Made by a program: the position numbers and the translations under genes | Assembly: GCF_963921235.1 (NCBI RefSeq) | Contig: NC_086097.1 | Span: forward strand, 215,886,001 to 215,950,000 | DNA length: 64,000 nucleotides | DNA from: Mobula hypostoma | Taxonomy: Eukaryota | Direction: 5' to 3' | The notes under the pieces: generated by a model | The model's database searches: none | The model's input: only the letters and a program-made list of their open reading frames with translations | What the model was told of the DNA's origin: nothing | Shown: positions 1 through 10,800 of the stretch, piece by piece | Layout of the letters: each line of letters opens with the position of its first letter | Position numbering within the stretch: position 1 is the stretch's first letter

Positions 1-3000
1 GTACCTTGTCTGCTGAAGAATCCAGCAAAGCCTTGGTGGAATTTTTCCTCTAAGTATGTGTGACTTTTCTCTGCAATTGGGTTCACCACTATTCAGTGTG
101 AGGGAAGTTAAAACAGAAGAAGTTACCTAGTTAGTTGTGACACAACTGAAGAAGCAAGATATCATAATGCACCAGTCTGGATGGGAAGAGTTTATGACAC
201 CAACTGATTCTGAATTGGGGAATGTGTTCAATTCGGAGAAGAAGTTAGGTTTGGATATTTCTCAATGGGGTGCACACTATCAGAACTTCTCATAAAATGA
301 CAATTGCAAAGAAGGTCAAGTTTAATAAATCAAAGAGTAGAAATGAAACGGGATTGTCAGAAATATTATTTCAGATCAGTTTCCAAAGAGAGATTTCATA
401 TCAATGATAATGTCTGAGTTTTAAATTCTCCTAATGAAATGGATGTAAATAAATGAAAATTGTTGTTTCAATCGCCGGCAAAACCAGGATCACAGAGCTT
501 CAGTGACATAGATGGCCAAGACAATATGTACTCAGTTAGGGTATAAGTCTGACTGCAGTCCACTACCTGAAGCAGTGTTTTCAACATCACCCCAGCCACA
601 GGAGCGACAATAACAACAGCAGAGTCACCAGTCAGGCCAAAACCTACAGCCACAAAGTGTAGAAGGCACAGGGCTTTTCCTGTTGCTCACATCATTCAGT
701 TAAGGTCAGAAATGAGACCTTTCCTTTCATAGGACAAGTGGAAAAGAGATTAGGCATGTGAGAATATCTGCCAGGATTTATAAACAACCATTATTATAGA
801 AGCTAAAGATATCGAATAATGTGGTAAAAACTAATAAACAGTAGACTGTGCAGTTCAAACATGATGGTGCATGTTAAAATTACTAATGGATATTAGCTGA
901 TAATAAATTGCTCCTCGCAGGCTGTCAAGAATTTATGTTTATTTCCAAGAAAGTGCCATTTAGCAGCATACAGGCTGCCTGCTCATTTTTGTTTTTGTTC
1001 CTGGGCATGCCTTATCCTCAACCTAAGGTGCCAAATGAGCCTTCTGTGATTTCTTACAGCTTGATCTGGCTTGATTGTGTTCCTGCCCTCTGATCACATC
1101 TACCCTCACTCCAGATAAAATCTCACCTGCCTCTTTTGTCCATTTCTAACATCTGGATCTGAGGTACCAAGGGCATCCTCCTTTGACCTTTGTAGACCAC
1201 AGACGTGTGTACAGCATGCAGAGAATGGAAGTAACTTTCTTGGCTAATTTGTAGCTGTCACCACACTCCAGTTAACACTCATTAGATTTAACACATTTAT
1301 TATCAACACTGCACTCGTAGCCCCAGGATTGTCTGCACAAGTGCACTGCTTGCTATGGGACATCACCACAGCTCCAAGACATGCTCACACCTCAGTGTCA
1401 CAGCTCCTTTGGGCACAGCTTAAGTACGTCTAAATTTGTCTCATATCTGCAGTGAGTATAGTATTCTACTCTTGGTAAACTTGTTTCAAACTGTATTATG
1501 ATGCACAAACATAACTGGCAGCTACAAAATAACCATGTTCTGAAAAATGCAAATAGATCTATCAACAACTCAATGAAGAATGGTTTCATGAAAATGACAG
1601 TGATTCACTGAGTCTAAATTTCACCTGAAATCTAATTTTTTTTAAATATACAAAATTTGAAATATGCTTTATCCCCAATTTCCATTCTTTACACTCTCTT
1701 AACTTTAACACAAACATTTTCACCAGTCATGGAGTCATGGAGTCATGGAGTATAGCACAGCACAGCACCGTCTTGTGACAGAATCCTCAACTTTGCTTTA
1801 TTTCTGATTTTCAGTGATCAAAATTTTTACAATATAAACAATTCAACCAGTAAAATGCTGACAAGTTTCCACCTTCTGCTTATCTTCAAGTATATGGATT
1901 TCAACAACAGCAAAATATCAATTAAACAAATTCCTGTTCTGTGAGTATTTAATACCTACTTTGTTCTAACCTTATAATACCATCTGATCTAATCCAATAA
2001 GGGGTTTTCCTCTGAGGCATTTAGTGATCCGATTAGTAGATCCCTGAGGATCATTTTGAAATTTCTACTTCGATTGAAAATTGCATTTTTCTTCCCATGT
2101 GCAGTGTAAAATTCAGGTAAAGCTATGCCCTGTCTCAAAACTTCTAGGGATCTAAAGTAATAGATCAAAAGTTGTGATGTTAACATGAATTAGCACAGTT
2201 ATTAAAATCGTGGCACTGTGTATGGTTGATTCAAGTGCTTTGATAAAGATTCTGATATTATTATATGTAATTCATTATGTGTCATTACGAATCAAGTACA
2301 ATGGAAAGGTAACAGAAATACAACTTCCCTGCTGAGGTAACATTAACGGCAACGTCAGTGAACCATGGGGAGTTTTACTGCTGAAGTGGTTTTGTTTAAC
2401 TCCAGAGTTCAATATGATGGGGCCAGCATTCTTTTTACAAATCTACTGTAAGTCTTCATATATGTTTTGTATAATAGACTGTGAGAGGACATCGTGTTAA
2501 TTTAGAAGCACATTTGTAAAAGCAAACCCAGGCTGGTTAGTCCAGTGCCAAACTCGAGCTGATTATTTTTGATATCACAGATTTATGTGCAAATCCAATC
2601 TACTCTGCATTAGAGGATGCTTGATTCCTAATACAAATGCTACTGTGTAAATCGACTTCCCTATATCGACCTGCCGAAAAGTGTCATTCGATCTCGTGGT
2701 TTGGCCGAGTGTCACACAGGGCACACGAACAACAGAGACTCAGGATCTTGGAGTTTACAAATGTAAATAATCGTGATATTTGCATTTTATAGGATTTTTA
2801 TTCTGTGTTGGAGCCGAGTTTCTTCTGTTCTGGGATATTTTAGATTTAGAAAAATATATTTCAAACAAGTTTTCATTGTTGCGACATACATTGAGATTAA
2901 ACACTATAGAGCCGTCAGGTGTGTCATTTACCTGTGACTATAGGTCTGCAGTGTGTTCTTATCATATAACAATGTAAACGTTTATTTATTTCGCATTTCA

Positions 3001-3703
3001 ATGTCAAACACGGGTAATCCACTATTCTCGCCTACTTTCCGCTCTCGGACATTGTAATCCCAAAAGAGAAAAATTATATCACTTAGATTGTAATAATAAC
3101 AAGCCATACGCCTTCTTTGGAAATGTCCATTGGTGACGACTCTTTTGCATACCGGGGGAAGGGAAAGAACGGATAAGCAAATATTGGACACTTATGAATC
3201 GGTCGAGTTACTTACCTTCTAAAGTTTTTAATCAGCAGACTATTTTGTATGTGTGTATCAAGGGAAAGGTGTGAACAATGGAAATCACGAAAGCAAACAA
3301 AAGCTAAATATGCCTATCGCTCGCAGAATTTTAGCTAACGTTATCGGATTCTGCACTGAATAATGAAAATAATCACTGACGATTTTAATTCATATTTGTT
3401 GCCTATTTCTAATATGTGTAAACTCGACCACGGGCCATCACTTAATCCAAAATAGCATAGTCACTTGAAAAGACGAGATCGTGAATGAACATTGACTGTT
3501 GTAAATTTACTTTTATTAAGTTCTTTTCCACAGTACCAAAGTACTTGCATTAATCGTTTCATGCGAGGGGAAGCCGTCATTGACGAGCGAACGGCCGTAC
3601 TCACGAGAATCTACTGCAGGTGCGAATCTAAATTACTCCTGGATTCCCATAACTGGTACTGAGGTCAAAACCACAGTTTCAGTTGTCGTTCTTATATTGG
3701 ATT

Positions 3704-3723
3704 ATGCCGCCCTTTGGTGGCAA
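3704..3723 (-). promoter_or_regulatory. Candidate CTCF-binding site
   Basis: Minus strand TTGCCACCAAAGGGCGGCAT, one mismatch to the CCASYAGRKGGCRSY core. Confidence 0.4.
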
Positions 3724-5419
3724 CCAAATCACAGGTCGAAGGCAGAGATTTAATATCTAAGGGGGATGGAATCACAAAGACGAATGCGAAAGGAAGAAAA
3801 CAAAAAATATTCTATATTTTAATTCAGTCGAAAGCCTCAAACTATATTTTTACTGCGCATCCTGACGGAGCTGGCAAGTGAACAAAGTTCCACGAGGAAA
3901 ACGAAATGAAAGACATCATTAAATATTTTTAAACAATCGTTAAGGTCCAAAGCACTCGCAGCCTTCACCTGCAAACGGAGTAAACTTTCTTAAGAGTTTT
4001 CGGAACATTTTTCCCAATTACTTTATAACATGACGTCTGTATTTTCCACTTTCTTTGTTTCCCCAAATCTAGATGTAAATATGTGAATGTCTACCTTTCT
4101 CACTTCAACTCTCTATAACGGGCCTTTTTGTTGAATAATTAACTAGCTGGCATGGGGGAAGAAAAGTTAGTGGAAGGTTAATCGGGTATATTGATTCCTT
4201 TCGTGTACTATACATTCCGTTAACACCCACCTGCGGAAAAAAAAACGAGTAATTCTCACTTTTATAATTCCTTGCTATTACTAAAGCTGGATATTGACTC
4301 CAGTTGAACGCCCAGCCCCATTAGTGCACGTAATACTTAAAAATGCAGACGCTCTTCTGCCACCGTCGCCCTAGCACGGGACTTCTGTATTTAGGAGAAA
4401 GAATTCAGGTGGTGGCATCCAGAAACAACAAGGGGAATTTATTTTCTCCATAATAACACAGCAGAACTGTTATTACAAGAAGATTTAGCTGCAGGATTCC
4501 GGAATTTAATGATTGCATCACGTAGCAGGGTTTCAAATGTTTGAATGGCTTTTGAACATTCGAACCTGCATCTCTGAACATTTCAAGCTCTTTTAAATGA
4601 AGATAATTGTATGAGCTACTTCGTGGATAAACAGATGGATAGTTAATGTCTTCTGGGCTAACCTGTCCAGTGCTCTGAATATTCTAATAGTATAATATTT
4701 GTGTCCTTTTTTTAAGCTGCACCGTGTACATTTGCAGTTTCTAATGATTAAGGTCCTATCTTACTGCCAGTGAACTGCGATCATTGATACATCAGCAGAC
4801 CCAACTGTTACCATATCTTCCAACAACAGGCAAGAGCTCTGCGTTGTGAAATAGATTAGGAAGATTAATAAATCCTCTCTCTTTCCTACCAATTCTCAGC
4901 GGAAAAATTTAACCATATGGAAGGCGAGAATTAGAATTTCATCACATTAGAGCAAAATGTAATGAAAAGAGGCGAACACCTGGGGCCAACTCTGAAAGAC
5001 ACAATTAAAAGGTTTTTAATGAAATCGGGGGAACAAATACATTCCTACCTCCAGTTATTCTGACACATAAGATTGATTTGCTAGAGGTGTTGTGGAATAT
5101 TACTTTAGACTGGGGTCGCAAGAATGAAAAGATGCTATTAAACGTTCGGTGCCATCAAGGAAGATTAGAATCAAATAGAACGAGTCAGAACTATGAAATG
5201 AGTTTGTACTGTTTCTATTCGACTCTCGGAAAAAAATGCATAAGCGTACTTCCACAGTTTCTTCCTTGCTTTAATTTTTCCTAACTGTGTGTGATTTCTG
5301 CCTAAAACGCAGGGAGCCGGAGTTGTAGGACTAGAGCATTAAGTCTGCTCAATGATGGGTGAAAGTCGCCACACAAGTCAGAGGAAAGCATTTGTTCGGT
5401 TTCTAACGGGACAAAAAGC

Positions 5420-5740
5420 CTTCGAAGCATATGCGTTAAGTTGCGTATACAGATGGCTGGAGGAATAATGGACCAAGCGCCGCTCTGCAAGCTGGAGCTG
5501 TGTTGTCTCATATATGTAGATGTAAAATGTGCATGTGTACACTTTGCAGTCGGCGGCTGGGAAGCTCGTTGCCATCCAGACAGTGCTGTTAGAGAGGGGA
5601 GAGATATATCTCACAGGCTGGATTGTTTGTTACCGTTTTAATCCTATTAATTAAAACGTTAACCTGATTGGTGGAAGCACGGTCCCAATAGGCAACCCTT
5701 CATAATAACCTGCTCGGAGATAATGATGTAAAAGACTCCC
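5420..5740 (+). promoter_or_regulatory. Putative bhlhe22 proximal promoter
   Basis: CATATG E-box (5428-5433), CAGATGG E-box (5450-5456), TAATTA (5648-5653), ATTGG (5667-5671), CCAAT (5685-5689) and TATA-like TGTAAAAG (~5726-5733), 250-560 bp upstream of the ATG. The transcription start cannot be determined from sequence alone. Confidence 0.5.
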
Positions 5741-5939
5741 GTCTGCTGATCGCCGCGGAAATATCTTGAAGGTGAATCCAAGCAGATAAGCGTTACGAGG
5801 TGCTCATCACCATTACCATCAACAGCAGCAGCAGCACATCGGGACAGATCACAGGGTTAAAAAAAAGTACACACATCACGATCAAGTGGTGGAAAGATCA
5901 AGGGGTGGGGGACAACCTGAGATATTAAAAGAGTAGTTT

Positions 5940-5975
5940 ATGCAACCACAACAAAATCCCAGCCAACGGACTTGA
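5940..5975 (+). other. Upstream ORF ([11 protein letters not shown]) in the putative bhlhe22 5' UTR
   Basis: ATG CAA CCA CAA CAA AAT CCC AGC CAA CGG ACT TGA, ending 10 nt before the main ATG, in a weak context (tttATGC). Confidence 0.55.
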
Positions 5976-5985
5976 CCTGGCGAGA

Positions 5986-6822
5986 ATGGAAAGGAGCCTC
6001 CACCTCAATGGACCACAAGAGGATCTTTTTCGCCAAACTCTCAGCGCCTCGGCTAAGAGACTGGAGAGTACTTTCCGCCCTCCCGCCGCTATCGAGCTGT
6101 CGCTGCCTGAGCCCCGCTCCCCGATGGTTTGCTTCGAGCAAGCCGACGCCGACGCGGTGCATCAGCAGCCAGGGGGAGAGGCCGGAGGGGGCAGCGGGCA
6201 GTACGCCGAGCACCAGGTCACCTCCTGCCGGGAGAGCAGCGGAGGCGACCAGAGCCCGGACGAGGACAGCGACGAGCGCTGCGAGCTGATGCTGGGCAGG
6301 CAAGGGGGCACCGAGCGGGCCGGTTCTCTGACCAAAGGAGCCGGTGTGGCGGCGAGCAAGAAGAACAAGGAGCAGAGAGCCCTGAGGCTGAGCATTAACG
6401 CCCGGGAGAGGAGGCGCATGCACGACTTAAACGACGCGCTGGACGAGCTGAGGTCGGTGATCCCTTACGCGCACAGCCCGTCCGTCAGGAAGCTCTCCAA
6501 GATCGCCACGCTGCTCCTGGCCAAGAACTACATCCTGATGCAGGCTCAGGCACTGGATGAGATGAGGAGACTGGTGGCGTACCTGAACCAGGGCCAGAGC
6601 CTGCCGGCGGCAGCGCTACCGTCCTCCGCCGCTGCAGCCGCCCTCACCCCCAGCCTGGGCGCCTACGAGCAAGCGGCGGCTGGCGGCTACCCTTTCACTG
6701 CCAGCGGCTTAGTGGCGGCGACAGCGGCGGCGGCGGCGGCCAGCTGCCCCGACAAGTGCGTCACCAGTACAGCTCTTTACAGCACGTCCAGTCTCTGCAA
6801 ACAGTGCAGCGACAAGCCTTAA
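5986..6822 (+). CDS. bhlhe22: Class E basic helix-loop-helix protein 22 (BHLHB5/BETA3), single coding exon, 278 aa
   Basis: Intact GC-rich ORF. The bHLH domain reads [72 protein letters not shown]. The N-terminus MERSLHL..EDLF..LSAS.KRLE..FR and C-terminus CPDKC...SSLCKQC.DKP match BHLHE22 rather than BHLHE23/OLIG. Strong Kozak context (agaATGG). Tail-to-tail with a CYP7 gene as in human. Confidence 0.96.
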   Translation: MERSLHLNGPQEDLFRQTLSASAKRLESTFRPPAAIELSLPEPRSPMVCFEQADADAVHQQPGGEAGGGSGQYAEHQVTSCRESSGGDQSPDEDSDERCELMLGRQGGTERAGSLTKGAGVAASKKNKEQRALRLSINARERRRMHDLNDALDELRSVIPYAHSPSVRKLSKIATLLLAKNYILMQAQALDEMRRLVAYLNQGQSLPAAALPSSAAAAALTPSLGAYEQAAAGGYPFTASGLVAATAAAAAASCPDKCVTSTALYSTSSLCKQCSDKP

Positions 6823-7795
6823 ACAGACAAACAATAAAACCCAAGAACAATTCCCATCGCGAGGGGCAAAAATTACAATTGGAAATCAATAATCGAACAG
6901 GACTTGAGTTTAGGAATGATTCTTTGTACAGACGCGTCGCTGGAAAAGTTTGGACGAGGAACTGAAGATAACGAGAAAGTTTTCTTTTTTGTTTTGTGGG
7001 CGGGGTGTATATTTTCTTTTTGATTTGAACAATTCTCCGCGTTAAAACTGTCGGCCTCATTTGGTTCAGAGGTTTCATCAGTGTTAGTAGCTGCTACGGA
7101 TTATTTGTTATTAGCTTCATCCGCCGCTTTCTAAGAATCTGTCTGCTGTGATTACGGCTGCGATACAGCTAAATTCCAGACTGCGTTCGTTGACGGTGTG
7201 TTCTCAAACTGTTTTCAGATTAAACATAGAGTTCCAAAACAGCCCTAAAACTTGCGTTCCTTTATTTTGGTTTTATAGATAATGATTATCTCAAATCATT
7301 AAAGAAGCGGAAAGGATTTTAAGAAATCGTTTATTTCATGTGGCAGACAATTGGTTGCCAATTTCTTAACTGTGAACGAATTGTTTTTTTATATATAAGA
7401 AAAGAGGGTTTATGAGACTGTTACATTACATGGTTTTATTTGTGTTTCCGGTCTCTGTACAGATTAAGATGTGCTAAAAATATTTTTGTCACGTTTCTTA
7501 TTACAAAAACGCTATTTACCCAAAGTGAGCTTTTCGTTTGCATGACGGCACGGTGCCTGTCCATCTGCAATATATAAATATATAAAAATCATATAAAGTA
7601 TGTATAAAATGGACTTGCCATATTTCTACTGCTGTCGCGTGTTTGATTTGCAGTTTGTGCGAACAAGTTGGTGCCATTGCTTCTCTTAAAGGGTCTATGG
7701 CAGCTCATGATGTATGGGAGTGGTGATGTACAAGTCTGGCCCTGATTATAATATATAGCCATTTCTATGTGTTATCCGTGTTGGAAGACAAATTT

Positions 7796-7801
7796 ATTAA
7801 A
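7796..7801 (+). terminator. Candidate distal polyadenylation signal (ATTAAA) of bhlhe22
   Basis: ATTAAA at the end of a ~1 kb AU-rich putative 3' UTR. An AATAAA also lies at 6833-6838, just after the stop codon. Confidence 0.4.
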
Positions 7802-10800
7802 CATATTTTGAACAAATGATATCTGCTCAATTTATGCTTTATAAGCAAAAAAAAAGTCGCACAAGTAGCACAGGTTGCATGGTACGTCAAGTAAAGTCTC
7901 AGAGGTGTGACGCTTTATCGCTGGCCTTTTGATTGAAATAATCTTTGGGGAAAAAAGCTAAACGTATAAAGAAAGTTATCACTAGTTGAAAAGCAAGAGC
8001 ATTCAAGAGATTCTGACAAACTGATCATCGGGATGATTTAACGCCCAAACTCCTTTCGAGTCTATCTGCGAAAAAAAAGCATCCTTTTCAAAATATTGGA
8101 GGGCGTGACATAAAATGTGAAACAACGACATATGGCGAGGATCTGGCTTGTCCTTCGCATGTTGTAAATTTGCATAAGCCCTTTTTTTCGCGGCTATTTC
8201 TTGAGCCATTATTAAATGGTCAGAGCCAGTTCCGTTAGTGATTTTTATGATACTTTAATCTGGGGGCATGAAGAGTGGGGAATGGAGGGAAACTCGAGAT
8301 ACCGGAGTGCAGTTCACCGCCTTTAAAGGGGTTGTCCATATTGTTTTTAATATTCAATATCGCTATTTGTCCTCAATCCCCAGCCATATGCCTTAGGTGA
8401 GGCTAAGTGTGGTCCAACTGGAAAGAATATTTTCTGCTCCACTTACTATCAAAAGATTAATCAGAACCTGTAACTTTTCAGGAAACATAACTATCTGTGC
8501 CACAAAGCAATAGCACGCAGCTGACACAGAAGGGTTCACTAGCCCGAGGCCAAATGAAATGTCTCTCAGCATTAGATTACAAAGCCTCGGTGCACCTAAT
8601 TATGATTATTAAAACAATTTCCATGACGATGTCTAATATTATGTTAATTTGAAAACAACTGTGTATGAAAACTGTCGACTATAATACCTAAATTCATTTA
8701 ATGAAACACATCGTTAAGGCAATTAAACCTCCTGGATGTGATTAAGGAACATAATTGCGACACTGTTCATTGCCATAATTGGGTGTCTTTAATCAAGGGG
8801 CATAGTGAGGAGCAAGGCTGCCATTACTTTGCATTGTTCTCACTCCGCTGTCCATCACTCTGATTACGAATTAGACACAGCCACCAGACCTTTTGCATAA
8901 TAACGTAATTGGATATTGTTGCAGCAATATTTGCTGCCTAGTATTTCTTCGCTATCCCTCTCTATGATTTTTTAAACCCATTTTACTGTAGGAAAAGTTG
9001 ACATTGTCACTAAGGAATTCTGCACTTATTTTGCAACCCCCGCCTCTCCACCCCCCTGCCCACACACATACACACAACTTCAGTTTAAGTTACAAGGATC
9101 TTCGTCATCATTTACAGCGCGAGAGACAAGTTATCAATACCTTTCGGATCAATACAGTGCGTGGGGCTTTTTTTGTCTCAGGTTTAGAGGCTGCTGATTG
9201 GACCGACAAAGCCGGAGTAATGCTACTAATGAGTAGCGCAGTAACCCTACTGATAAAACCCAATTCCGCAGAGAATTACGACTAACAACGGGACGAAAAA
9301 TATATCAAAGATTTAACCACAACACAGAAATTGCCGTAAAGGGATTATTTTCCTCTTCAAATGTCTCAGCAATGATGCTAGAATTCTGAAACAGCGATAT
9401 AAGCAAAATGCAAATAAAATAAAGGAAAAGGCAAAATTAATTTCATTTCTATACCCGTCCCCAATTGCGACCTCTTATAATCTTTATCTGACACTTCTTT
9501 CCTTGAGCATGCCAGGATTGTTAGATTCGTAGCCTAATCAAAGCACCAATATCACGAATAGTTCCCAAATGATATCTTTAAGAGACACAACTGGGTTGTC
9601 GGATCATTGGGTCATAGATGGCTGCGATCAAACGTGGTTTAGCCAATATTTATTTTTCTACTGTTGTGTTTTATTACTTTCACGTTGATTTTATGTTTAA
9701 TTTAAATCACTAGAATATTTAAGATTGTTGTTCCATTGAGGATAACTACGGAATCTCTGTATGAAGGGCGACTCTAATCCTATGGCTGTCCCAGCATGAG
9801 TGACATTGACTTTCATAATGTAATGACTTATGAAAGATATAATCATGTGTTAAATTGAATCCTCCGTTTAAGTGTTAATGGTGTGCTCAGGGCACATTTA
9901 CGTAGTAGATGCTATGGTAACTAATTACTGTACCACTGGAAAAAAAAGAGGCTATATTGCACTTTCAAGGCTTTGAGAAATAATTACTTGAATCCACGTT
10001 TTGAGGAGCCACATTATTACAACGTGAGTTAATGAGCTGCCTGTAGGATAACAACATATTTTAACATTACTTTTTCTTTTGGAGAATGTACTTCAACTTT
10101 GGAACAGTAAAGAATTGACCTTCATTACCTGGAGACTCAAAGAGAGGCGTGGTTTATTACTGTTAATAAATGCTGTACATAAACTAGACACACAAGGTTT
10201 ACTCCAACAGGCGTTTACTTTAGGAAAGGACACACTTCTCATTCTGCCTGTCAAAAATGATAAAAAACCTTACAAATTTGCTGAATGTAATTCTTTTTAA
10301 AGCAAGTTTACAATTACAGATACAATGGTCATTCCACCGCGAACCGTAGAACAAGCAGCTCTCGTTACATTTTCAGCCTTGTCCGGGAAGACATGTAGGC
10401 ACACCGCGAAACAAACCTTTCACCGTGCCAATATTCCCCGCCACATTTTCAGCAATCTGCATACCTGGTGGTTGCGAGACAGGCTTACTTTAGCTGGACA
10501 AGACGTTTATGACATTACTGGGAATACTTTTCAATAGGCAACCAAACATCTTTAGCGCAGGAGTGTGGAGGCTAAATATTTTGCAACTAAGACGGCAGCA
10601 GCTGTGTGGACAAGGAACCGGTTTTGCTGAGATCGTGTCATTTGGAGACGGAGGGTAAGATATATATGTATAAGTTTAGATTACACGATGTTTTATCTAT
10701 GCCATTATTGATTATGATTTCATAGTATGACGCATTCCATGAAAGATATATGATTTGCCACGCGGTCTGCGTTTACAGATAGAATTACAGTAATTGAGAG

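Noticed and set aside
1725..1770. (gagtcatgg)3 and (cacag)n short repeats
   Set aside because: Probably a decayed CR1-type 3' tail or simple repeat; too short to support more.
5938..6423. Overlapping alternative-frame and antisense ORFs (85-161 aa) over bhlhe22
   Set aside because: Expected by-products of GC-rich coding sequence; no recognisable domains.
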